Assembly (NCBI GenBank): GCA_944323115.1
Contig: CALURG010000075.1
Location: 1 to 24,000 of the forward strand
Direction of reading: 5' to 3'
Length of the DNA stretch: 24,000 nt
From: Candidatus Gastranaerophilales bacterium
GTDB taxonomy: Bacteria; Cyanobacteriota; Vampirovibrionia; Gastranaerophilales; Gastranaerophilaceae
The notes under the pieces were generated by a model. The model did not search any database. It saw only the letters and a program-made list of their open reading frames with translations, and had not been told where the DNA came from. The position numbers and the translations under genes are program-made. Positions 1 through 7,231 of this stretch are shown in pieces (positions within the stretch are counted from its first letter, which is position 1; every line of letters begins with the position of its first letter).

Positions 1-73
1 ACGAGGCTTTAGTGTGGGTGAGTTTTTTAAAAAACTAATGCAACTTTTTAGCCTCTCGTTCCTCTTATTAAAC

Positions 74-102
74 AAAAAAGCCACCCCAAAGGTGACTTTT
101 TT
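74..102 (-). terminator. Putative intrinsic terminator downstream of tRNA-Asp; its symmetric A/T tracts could allow it to act bidirectionally
   Basis: aaaaaaGCCACCccaaaGGTGACtttttt. Positions 80-85 pair with 91-96 (5 of 6 bp, one C/A mismatch) around a 5-nt loop, flanked by A6 (74-79) and T6 (97-102). On the minus strand it reads stem then TTTTTT, 7 nt after the tRNA 3' end. Confidence 0.45.
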
Positions 103-108
103 ATTTAA

Positions 109-186
109 TGGCGGGACCGACGAGGCTCGAACTCGCGACCTCCTGCGTGACAGGCAGGCACTCTAACCAAACTGAGCTACGATCCC
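109..186 (-). tRNA. tRNA-Asp (anticodon GTC), CCA encoded
   Basis: The reverse complement reads GGGATCGTAGCTCAGTTTGGTTAGAGTGCCTGCCTGTCACGCAGGAGGTCGCGAGTTCGAGCCTCGTCGGTCCCGCCA. It has a 7-bp acceptor stem (GGGATCG/CGGTCCC with G-U), a GCTC..GAGT D-arm, and an anticodon stem CCTGC/GCAGG with loop CTGTCAC (GTC). The T-arm is GCGAG-TTCGAGC-CTCGT and the terminal CCA is present. It closely resembles canonical bacterial tRNA-Asp. Confidence 0.93.
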
Positions 187-214
187 AATTTATTAAGTTT
201 TCAATTTCTGGAAA

Positions 215-230
215 GTAGCTCAGTTTGGTT
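215..230 (+). repeat. 16-nt inverted copy of the tRNA-Asp acceptor/D-arm segment (GTAGCTCAGTTTGGTT)
   Basis: Positions 215-230 (gtagctcagtttggtt) are the exact reverse complement of 165-180 (aaccaaactgagctac), which lies inside the tRNA gene. The flanking sequence does not continue as a tRNA. Confidence 0.85.
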
Positions 231-265
231 TCTAATTAAAAAACCGTTCGCTCTCGCTCACTGGG

Positions 266-283
266 GAGCTACGATCCCAATTT
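266..283 (-). repeat. 18-nt direct copy of the tRNA-Asp 5' end plus 5 upstream nt (AAATTGGGATCGTAGCTC on the minus strand)
   Basis: Positions 266-283 (gagctacgatcccaattt) are identical to 174-191. The copy diverges from the tRNA after 13 tRNA nucleotides, so it is a fragment, not a second tRNA. Confidence 0.85.
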
Positions 284-285
284 GT

Positions 286-312
286 TTTACAAACACAAGT
301 CATGTTTGTAAA
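286..312. repeat. Perfect 10-bp inverted repeat with 7-nt spacer (TTTACAAACA-N7-TGTTTGTAAA)
   Basis: Positions 286-295 (tttacaaaca) are the exact reverse complement of 303-312 (tgtttgtaaa). The repeat overlaps the predicted transcription start of the tRNA promoter. Confidence 0.8.
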
Positions 313-315
313 TGA

Positions 316-344
316 ATTATAATATGCTGATTTTTTATTTTCAA
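316..344 (-). promoter_or_regulatory. Sigma70-like promoter for the tRNA-Asp transcript (TTGAAA-N17-TATAAT)
   Basis: On the minus strand the -35 TTGAAA is plus 339-344 tttcaa, followed by a 17-nt spacer. The -10 TATAAT is plus 316-321 attata. The predicted TSS is near 309. Confidence 0.45.
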
Positions 345-386
345 CACTTATTTTGACATTAATTATTAAAATAAAAAACTTTTTAG

Positions 387-415
387 TTGTCAATCTATAT
401 ATCAACATTTATAAT
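387..415 (+). promoter_or_regulatory. Sigma70-like promoter for the secreted-protein gene (TTGTCA-N17-TATAAT)
   Basis: ttgtca lies at 387-392 and tataat at 410-415, with a 17-nt spacer. The element sits about 35 nt upstream of the GGAGA RBS and the ATG at 450. Confidence 0.5.
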
Positions 416-449
416 CATGATATCTGATTATTTTGATTTTGGAGATAAT

Positions 450-1208
450 ATGAAAAAATATACCTTGTTTCTTGCAATATTTGTGTTTTGTATTTCCTTA
501 GCACCTGCATATTCTGCTGCTTCTGTAGAAGTACAGGCGATGAGTGAATTTAATTCTATTGCTCCTGTCAGTACAATGAAAGTTATGGTCATGCAGCCTA
601 TTGAATTTGAAAATGGTATAAAATTTGAAAATGGGACAATAATTGAGGGAAATGTTGTTGAAGTAAAACAGCCAAAAAGAGCAAAACGTAATGCATCTTT
701 TAAATTCCACCCGACGTCATATACTTTTAACGGAAGAACAACCACAGTAACAGATGAGGATTTTATAGCAAAATATAAAGAAAAGAAAGATTTGAACAAA
801 GGCGAAATTGCTCTTTCTACTGCTACTACAGTAGGTGGGTTTTTCTTAAAAATTCCGGGATTGTCTCAAGGTATTTCTCTTGTTAAAGGAATGGTGAAAA
901 ACAAAGAAGATGGCCGTCTAAAGTCAGGTGTAGTTCAAGTTTACAAAGATTCTCCTCTTTCTTATGTTGAAGAAGGAAAAGATATTTTCATAAAAAAAGA
1001 TGATATTTTCTATCTTAAATTCAAAACACATAAATCAGAAAACCTTGACGAAGAAGAAAATGCTTCAATTGAGCAGCCGGTTCAACCTGCAAAAGAGTCT
1101 GTTAACTCAACTCAAAAGGATGAAAACATTGAATCTCAAAAAGTTAACAATATAAAATCTTCTCATCCGGATGAAGTTTTGAGAGAGGTTGAACTAAACT
1201 CCAAGTGA
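450..1208 (+). CDS. Secreted hypothetical protein with N-terminal signal peptide and an acidic/polar C-terminal tail
   Basis: ATG at 450 is preceded by GGAGA (441-445). The N-terminus MKKYTLFLAIFVFCISLAPAYSAAS has a signal-peptide shape (AYS-A cleavage-like). I recognised no family. The start at 387 in the ORF track gives an implausible N-terminal extension. Confidence 0.7.
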   Translation: MKKYTLFLAIFVFCISLAPAYSAASVEVQAMSEFNSIAPVSTMKVMVMQPIEFENGIKFENGTIIEGNVVEVKQPKRAKRNASFKFHPTSYTFNGRTTTVTDEDFIAKYKEKKDLNKGEIALSTATTVGGFFLKIPGLSQGISLVKGMVKNKEDGRLKSGVVQVYKDSPLSYVEEGKDIFIKKDDIFYLKFKTHKSENLDEEENASIEQPVQPAKESVNSTQKDENIESQKVNNIKSSHPDEVLREVELNSK

Positions 1209-4151
1209 AAAGATTTTGTAAATCTCTTCGTCTGAGAGTTCTGTAATAATCTTTTCACCTTCAAACACGGCTACGTTTGCCAAGTCTTTTTTAGTATTAA
1301 TCATTTCATCAATTTTTTCTTCAAAAGTACCGAGTGTAATAAATCTGTGTACCATTACGTTTTTATCTTGGCCTATACGATAAGTTCTGTCAGTTGCTTG
1401 GTCTTCTACAGCAGGATTCCACCACAAGTCATAGTGGATTACGTTTGTTGCTGCGGTTAGGTTTAGGCCAGTGCCTCCGGCTTTCAAAGACAAAATCATA
1501 ACCTTTGAGTCTTTATTGTCCTGAAAATCTTTTATTAGGTCGTCTCTTTGTGTTCTGTTCAGCGAACCGTGAAAGAAAAGAGGATTTATATTCAACTCAT
1601 CGCTTAAAATAGTTGAAAGTATTGAACCCATTTCTTTATACTGGGTAAAAATCAAAGTTTTTTCATTATTTTCCAATATTTGCTCGGTAATAGACACAAG
1701 TTTGTCCGCTTTACCTGAAATGTCTTTGGATATATCACCTGTTTTCAGGTACTGATAAGGGTGGTTGCAGATTTGTTTCAGAGCTGTAATCAGTTTGAAA
1801 ATCATACCTCGTCTGTTTATACCGTTGAGCTTTGCTATGTCTGACATAAGATTGTCTAAAACACTCTGATACAAAGCTGCCTGAGTTTTGGTAAGGTAGC
1901 AATACTCGTTTAAGACTACTTTATCAGGTAAATCTGAAATAATAGATTTGTCAGTTTTGAGTCTTCTTAGTATAAAAGGAGATATTGAAAGACGCAGCTT
2001 TTCTGCACGATTTGTTTGCTTAAACTTTTCAATAGGTATAGCATATCCTTTTTGGAAGTCTCTGATAGAGCCCAAGTATCCTCTGTTAATAAAATCAAAA
2101 ATACTCCAAAGTTCTATAAGCTTATTTTCTACAGGAGTACCGGTCATTGCTATTTTTACATCCGATTTTATTTGTTTTACGGCTTGGGTCTGGGAAGTAT
2201 CGGGATTTTTTATATTCTGTGCTTCATCAATAATGAGCATAGACCATTTTTGTTTCTTTATTTTCTCAATATCTATTCTCAATATTGCATAGGTTGTAAT
2301 AACCACATCTGCTTTGGAATCCAACTGCCTGTCTATACCGTGATACACAGAAGTGTCAAGTGAAGGTGCAAAATTTTTGATTTCTTTCACCCAGTTGCCT
2401 AAAAGTGTTGTAGGACAAACAACAAGAGCCGGATGTTTCAGAGAATCAGTTTCTTTTTGTTTGAGTATAAAACTTATTACTTGTATTGTTTTTCCAAGCC
2501 CCATATCATCCGCCATGCAGCAGCCAAAACCTTTTTTAATATTGGTATATAGCCATTTAAATCCGCGTTCCTGATAAGGACGTAAAACTCCTTTGAGGCT
2601 TTCCGGAGGAGGTACGTCTTCTGTTTTTGTTAAATCTTTGAGTATATTGGCAAACGCTTCATCATAGTCAAAGTCGTAATCTTCCATTTGTGAAGACAAT
2701 GCGGCATGAAGTATTTCCATTTTATTTTTGTCTGTGATTTTTGGGTGTTTAACTTTGTCTATAAGTTTTGCATTTTCTTCACGGTCGATTAAAACATAAT
2801 GTTCTTTGTATTTAATTAAGCCTTGTGCATTTTTTGTCAATTCTTCATATTCTTCGACAGAAAGTTTTTCATCGCCGATGGCAATTGTATAAGAAAATTC
2901 AAACAAATCATTTAAAGCTGTATTTGAGGCACCGTTTGACGTAATAATATCTTTGAGTTCCGCCATTCTTGCCGTTTTTACACGGGCATTTATAGAGGCT
3001 CTCGGGGTGACTATATTGTCAATGCCTTCAGGCAGTATTACGTCTATTGAAGCCTTTTGAAGATAATATGAAATCTGAGCGATTATTTTATATACCTCAT
3101 TCAAGGTCATATTCAACTCAAATTGATGTTCTTCGGCAAAGAATTCTTCAAGTTCAGGATAATATCTGGCTACATAATTTAACTGTTTTTCGATAATATC
3201 AACAACTTCTTGGTTTGTGTAATTTTTGAAACTTACTGTTTCGGCATATATATCTTCGATACGGTGTTTTTCCTTTGTATCCGTGTCTTTGACGTTTATT
3301 TTCAACTGATACTCTTCGTCAGTTAATTTTAGTATTTCAAATTCCGGAAGTAAATTGTATTTCCCGATATAAATTTCATCAAGCCACTCTGATATAGACA
3401 TAGCAAGATCTGCCGAGCGATAGTATCTTTTATGCCAAATGTTTTTTATAAAATAAACTGCGGATTTTGCATCTTTAAATTTTGTTGCTTTTATATGCAA
3501 AAATTTGAAGACCAGGTAGTTTAAATAGTTGTCCAGAAGTTTTTCAAAATTATATTTTGTTTGGTTACATATAAAGTCTTCCGGTACAAGAGATTTTGTT
3601 TTGCTTATCGCTGTGATAACATCTTTGTTTTTCCTGTATATTTCATATCTGATTTGAAAAACGTTTTCATTGTAGTCGACGACAGGAATAAAATGCAGTT
3701 TTTCAACAATTTTCATAATAGTACAGCAAAATTTGTTTAAAAAATTAAAACTGTCTGAGCCGTCATCGAAGTTCAAAATTTCATTGAAACTGGTGAAATA
3801 GTCAAATACAATATCTTGTTTAACTACATATCCGATCATTTCTTTGGTTTCAGAACCGGTATTGATTTCTTTTATCTCTGAACGAAATCTGTATAAGGAA
3901 CCCATTGATTTTGCGTAAAAATCAAAGTTGTTTGTCGGCGTAACAAAGAAATCACCATTGTCCAAAAGATAAAAATGTGTCCCTCTCAATGGCGTGTTTT
4001 TTCCGATAAAAGCACCTTCAAATTCATCTTCAAAAATCTGATAAATAGTACTGAGCTGTAATCTAAAATCCTTATTTTCCATCCCCGCAGGATTTTCTGT
4101 AAGGTTTAAAAAAAGTTCATCAATATTGTTTTTCTTTATATTAAGACACAT
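1194..4151 (-). CDS. SNF2/SWI2 family DNA-dependent ATPase (helicase-like) with a ~500-aa N-terminal domain
   Basis: Helicase motifs are present: LRPYQERGFKWL (Q/Ia region), DDMGLGKT (I), DEAQNIKN (II), TGTPVEN (III) and QATDRTYRIGQ (VI). The long N-terminal region is consistent with the bacterial SNF2-helicase-associated domain, though I could not verify this. I prefer the ATG at 4151 over the TTG at 4160; neither has a strong SD. Confidence 0.88.
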   Translation of the reverse strand: MCLNIKKNNIDELFLNLTENPAGMENKDFRLQLSTIYQIFEDEFEGAFIGKNTPLRGTHFYLLDNGDFFVTPTNNFDFYAKSMGSLYRFRSEIKEINTGSETKEMIGYVVKQDIVFDYFTSFNEILNFDDGSDSFNFLNKFCCTIMKIVEKLHFIPVVDYNENVFQIRYEIYRKNKDVITAISKTKSLVPEDFICNQTKYNFEKLLDNYLNYLVFKFLHIKATKFKDAKSAVYFIKNIWHKRYYRSADLAMSISEWLDEIYIGKYNLLPEFEILKLTDEEYQLKINVKDTDTKEKHRIEDIYAETVSFKNYTNQEVVDIIEKQLNYVARYYPELEEFFAEEHQFELNMTLNEVYKIIAQISYYLQKASIDVILPEGIDNIVTPRASINARVKTARMAELKDIITSNGASNTALNDLFEFSYTIAIGDEKLSVEEYEELTKNAQGLIKYKEHYVLIDREENAKLIDKVKHPKITDKNKMEILHAALSSQMEDYDFDYDEAFANILKDLTKTEDVPPPESLKGVLRPYQERGFKWLYTNIKKGFGCCMADDMGLGKTIQVISFILKQKETDSLKHPALVVCPTTLLGNWVKEIKNFAPSLDTSVYHGIDRQLDSKADVVITTYAILRIDIEKIKKQKWSMLIIDEAQNIKNPDTSQTQAVKQIKSDVKIAMTGTPVENKLIELWSIFDFINRGYLGSIRDFQKGYAIPIEKFKQTNRAEKLRLSISPFILRRLKTDKSIISDLPDKVVLNEYCYLTKTQAALYQSVLDNLMSDIAKLNGINRRGMIFKLITALKQICNHPYQYLKTGDISKDISGKADKLVSITEQILENNEKTLIFTQYKEMGSILSTILSDELNINPLFFHGSLNRTQRDDLIKDFQDNKDSKVMILSLKAGGTGLNLTAATNVIHYDLWWNPAVEDQATDRTYRIGQDKNVMVHRFITLGTFEEKIDEMINTKKDLANVAVFEGEKIITELSDEEIYKIFSLGV

Positions 4152-4188
4152 AAACAGCAATGTTTCCGCTTCATTCTATCAATTTTAA

Positions 4189-4197
4189 ATTATAACA
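4189..4197 (-). promoter_or_regulatory. Extended -10 element (TGnTATAAT) upstream of the SNF2 gene
   Basis: The minus strand reads TGTTATAAT (plus attataaca, 4189-4197). The -35 is weak (TTTTAT at 17-nt spacing). Confidence 0.3.
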
Positions 4198-4242
4198 AAA
4201 ACAGAAACAAAATAAAAAATTAAATTTTTAAAGTATGACAAT

Positions 4243-4899
4243 TTAAAGAACTATTCGAAAAACTTCATCAAGTGATTTTTTATTTTTTGTAACACTGCTG
4301 TCGTTTGTATCTGGATAACCGACAGTTAAAAGAGTAATAACTTTGTCATCGGGATTTAGTCCTAAAATATCGCCAAATTCTTTTTGTGCAACAATAGGGG
4401 CACACATCCAGCAAGTACCAAATCCGAGAGCATGAGCACACAGTGACATATTTTCTATAGCTGCACCCATACTCAAAATAGAAGAACGGTTGTCATAATA
4501 ACGAAGTTCTTCTTCCGGCATTCCGTTCCTTTCAAGAATGGAAAGAATTGTGGAAACTCTTTTTTTCTCAACAATCGCAAAAACAACCGGTGCTTTGTTA
4601 AAAAACATTGAGTAATATTTATAGCCGTTTATTCTGTTTTTGTCTTCGTCGCTTTTCACTCTGTCTTTGAGCTCATCATATTTGTTTTCAACGGCTTGAG
4701 CCATTTTTTGCTTTGTTGTATTGTCATAAATGGCAATAAACTCCCAGTTTTGTGTATTAGTCGTACAGGGAGCAAGCCTGCCTGCATCGGCAATTTTTTT
4801 TATAGCCTCAAGAGGGGGTATTTCATTTGTATATTTTCTGATAGTTTTTCTTGTAGCAATTACATCAAAAAAATTGCTGTTTTTAAAATTATTTTCCAT
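4243..4899 (-). CDS. Nitroreductase family protein (FMN-dependent oxidoreductase)
   Basis: The N-terminus RKTIRKYTNEIPP and the segments NTQNWEFIAI and GFGTCWM match the nitroreductase fold pattern. An AGGAG SD lies 5 nt upstream of the ATG. Confidence 0.8.
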   Translation of the reverse strand: MENNFKNSNFFDVIATRKTIRKYTNEIPPLEAIKKIADAGRLAPCTTNTQNWEFIAIYDNTTKQKMAQAVENKYDELKDRVKSDEDKNRINGYKYYSMFFNKAPVVFAIVEKKRVSTILSILERNGMPEEELRYYDNRSSILSMGAAIENMSLCAHALGFGTCWMCAPIVAQKEFGDILGLNPDDKVITLLTVGYPDTNDSSVTKNKKSLDEVFRIVL

Positions 4900-4911
4900 A
4901 AGGACTCCTGA

Positions 4912-5652
4912 ATGTTAAAAAATATGCCGAAAAAACTGATTTCATCATCTATAATACTCATTTTTTTATCCTGTGTAAATACTATCGTAAAGCTTGAAAA
5001 TTCGTATGGTTTTGCAAAAGATGCGGAGAATAATGGCCGTAACGAGGAATTTATTTTGTTCATAGTCGATTTTTCAAACAGTATGACAGAAAAACTTCAC
5101 GGTACAAAAAAAATAAACATGGTATTGGATACAATGCAGGAACTGCTTCCAAAATTACCGGAAAATCAAAGAGTCGGTCTTCGGGTTTACGGACATAAAG
5201 GCGGATACCTGATGCCTCAGGCAGCTTGCAAAGCCAGCACTCTTCTCGTACCTATGACAAAAGGTTCGGCTCCGGCTATTCAGGCGGCACTGTTTGCCCT
5301 AAAGCCCACCGGATGGACACCGATAACTTATTCTCTAAAACAAGCCGTAAACTCGGATTTTGCCGGAGTGAACGGAAAGAAAAGAATAATACTGCTCACA
5401 GACGGCGGAGAGAATTGTGATGAAAGCCCGTGTGATTATGTAATGGAGCTGCAAAAGACAAGGCAGGATATTTACATTGATGTAATTGCCTTTAATATCT
5501 ATGACCAGGAAGCTAACAACCAGCTCAAATGCACAGCACTTGTAACAAGCGGAAAATTCTACAGTGCAAACACAGCTGCTGAGCTTGTAAAGAGTCTTTC
5601 TGATTCTTTAAACATTTCAAAAGAAGTGCAGGGGGTAATAATTACTCACTAA
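4912..5652 (+). CDS. von Willebrand factor type A (VWA) domain protein, probable lipoprotein/secreted
   Basis: The MIDAS motif DxSxS is present (FIVDFSNSM), and LLTDGGENC is typical of VWA domains. The N-terminal hydrophobic stretch ends in a lipobox-like FLSC. An AGGA SD lies 7 nt upstream. The alternative ATG at 4924 cannot be excluded. Confidence 0.8.
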   Translation: MLKNMPKKLISSSIILIFLSCVNTIVKLENSYGFAKDAENNGRNEEFILFIVDFSNSMTEKLHGTKKINMVLDTMQELLPKLPENQRVGLRVYGHKGGYLMPQAACKASTLLVPMTKGSAPAIQAALFALKPTGWTPITYSLKQAVNSDFAGVNGKKRIILLTDGGENCDESPCDYVMELQKTRQDIYIDVIAFNIYDQEANNQLKCTALVTSGKFYSANTAAELVKSLSDSLNISKEVQGVIITH

Positions 5653-6380
5653 AACAAAGACAATTGCGATTCATTTGTTTTTGATATTTTTTTGTTTTCT
5701 AAAACGGGGTTTGTTACCGTCAAAATATTTCTCAAAAATTTTTTTCTGTGCAATTTAGTTGCCCCGTAGGTTTTTATTGCTTCAATATGTTCCGCACTCA
5801 GATATCCTTTGTTCTTTTCCCAGTGGTATTGAGGATACTCTTTTGCCAATTTTTCCATCAGCCTGTCTCTGCTTACTTTGGCAAGAATACTTGCTGCGGC
5901 AATTGCTGCCGATTTTGAGTCGCCTTTGACTATGGTTGTCTGCGGTATGGAAAAGTTTTTTATCAGTCTGTTTCCGTCTACAAGAACTTTTGCTTTTTGC
6001 ATATCAATCTTTCCGGCAACAGATTCACAGCTTCTTTTCATACAATCCAAAGAGGTATTTAAAATATTTATTTTGTCTATTTGAGAGACACTGCCTTCTT
6101 GAATTGAACAAACGCATTTGCCTGATTTTTCCAGTTCTTTTATATTTTCAAAGAGTTCTTCTCTTTTCTTTTCTGTAAGCTGTTTTGAGTCATTCAAAAC
6201 AGACAATTTTTCGCAAATTTCATCATCAATATCTGAAACAAAACACACGGCAGCGGCAAATACAGGGCCTGCACCCGGCCCTCTGCCGGCTTCATCGGTT
6301 CCTATAATGTAGTAAGAGTCTTTTCTGTTTGTTTTGTCAAACTCAAAAAGCTCATGTATTTTTGATAACTTTTTATTCAT
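5649..6380 (-). CDS. rnhB: Ribonuclease HII
   Basis: GTDEAGRGPGAGPVFAAAV, DSKQL and AAASILAKVSRD are canonical RNase HII motifs. I chose the ATG at 6380, which overlaps the rbgA stop by 8 nt (ATGAATAA), over the TTG at 6401. Confidence 0.92.
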   Translation of the reverse strand: MNKKLSKIHELFEFDKTNRKDSYYIIGTDEAGRGPGAGPVFAAAVCFVSDIDDEICEKLSVLNDSKQLTEKKREELFENIKELEKSGKCVCSIQEGSVSQIDKINILNTSLDCMKRSCESVAGKIDMQKAKVLVDGNRLIKNFSIPQTTIVKGDSKSAAIAAASILAKVSRDRLMEKLAKEYPQYHWEKNKGYLSAEHIEAIKTYGATKLHRKKFLRNILTVTNPVLENKKISKTNESQLSLF

Positions 6381-7221
6381 CCTGCTGTTCCAAGTCGTCA
6401 AGCGTAAATTTTCCGATTCTGCCGGCTCTGAAATCTGTCAGAACCATCACAGCCGTACGGGTAACATCCGGTTCTTCGTTTTTAACAATCCAGTTTCTGC
6501 TTTTAGCAATTGCTTCGAGTGAAAATTCATTCTCCAGCTTGTAGTATTCCCTTAACTGTTCGGGGTATTTTGTTTTCAGAATATCAATCAGCTCTGATGC
6601 AACTTCTTCGTTTTCGTATGCATTTTCACTGACAGAATTTACCATTGCAAGTTTGCCCGCTTTTGTTTGGTCTTCCTGTTTCAGAGGAATAATACCCGGA
6701 GTGTCGAGCAAATCTATTTTGGGGTTCACCCTTACCCACTGCTGTTGTCTTGTTACACCTGCTTTTGCTCCGACTTTTGTCTTGCCTTTTTTTATCAATT
6801 TGTTGATAATGCTTGACTTTCCTACATTAGGCATACCGACAACAACCACTCTGGCAGGTCTTGGCAAAAGTCCTTTGGTTACGAGTTTGTCTATTTTGGG
6901 TTTTGCAAGTTCTGTAACCTTGTTTACAATTATTGATATGTCGCTATTTTGAGAGGCACAGGAGGAAATTACCGGATATCCCGTGTTTTTTTCAATGATT
7001 TTTTTCCATTCTTTTGTTTCTGTTTCGTCTGCAAGGTCAGACTTATTTAGAATAATAAGTCTCGGTTTTTCGCCCAAAAGTTTTTTTATGTCGGGATAAA
7101 CAGAGCTCTGCGGGATTCTTGCATCCAAAACTTCTATGACAACGTCGACAAGGTTTAGGAGTTCCTTGAGTTTTTTTTCTGCTTTTGCAATATGTCCGGG
7201 ATACCAGTGGATGTGAGCCAT
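6373..7221 (-). CDS. rbgA: Ribosome biogenesis GTPase A (YlqF/RbgA, circularly permuted GTPase)
   Basis: HWYPGHIAKA is present, and the G motifs occur in permuted order: NKSDL (G4), GMPNVGKSS (G1), DTPGI (G3). The ATG at 7221 is preceded by AAGGAG with a 5-nt spacer, directly after the lepA stop. Confidence 0.92.
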   Translation of the reverse strand: MAHIHWYPGHIAKAEKKLKELLNLVDVVIEVLDARIPQSSVYPDIKKLLGEKPRLIILNKSDLADETETKEWKKIIEKNTGYPVISSCASQNSDISIIVNKVTELAKPKIDKLVTKGLLPRPARVVVVGMPNVGKSSIINKLIKKGKTKVGAKAGVTRQQQWVRVNPKIDLLDTPGIIPLKQEDQTKAGKLAMVNSVSENAYENEEVASELIDILKTKYPEQLREYYKLENEFSLEAIAKSRNWIVKNEEPDVTRTAVMVLTDFRAGRIGKFTLDDLEQQDE

Positions 7222-7231
7222 ATGTGCTCCT

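Noticed and set aside
21-36. A 16-bp perfect palindrome, AGTTTTTTAAAAAACT.
   Set aside because: It is a low-complexity T6A6 tract, expected by chance in AT-rich DNA. It has no gene context at the window edge.
1-60. An imperfect hairpin (1-8 with 51-60) and a possible end of an upstream gene or RNA at the window edge.
   Set aside because: It is truncated by the window and has a bulged stem with a 42-nt loop. There is not enough sequence to interpret it.
387-449. N-terminal extensions from the first-possible starts in the ORF track. This one is an example; others are at 6401, 7242, 10336, 12782, 14668, 17717, 21047 and 22147.
   Set aside because: In each case a downstream ATG has a proper SD and yields the N-terminus expected from homology or a signal peptide. 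Several of the upstream starts are TTG or GTG without an SD.
1948-2574. Three plus-strand ORFs (73-115 aa) inside the SNF2 gene.
   Set aside because: They are antisense to the SNF2 helicase core motifs, mutually overlapping, hydrophobic and low-complexity. I judge them spurious.
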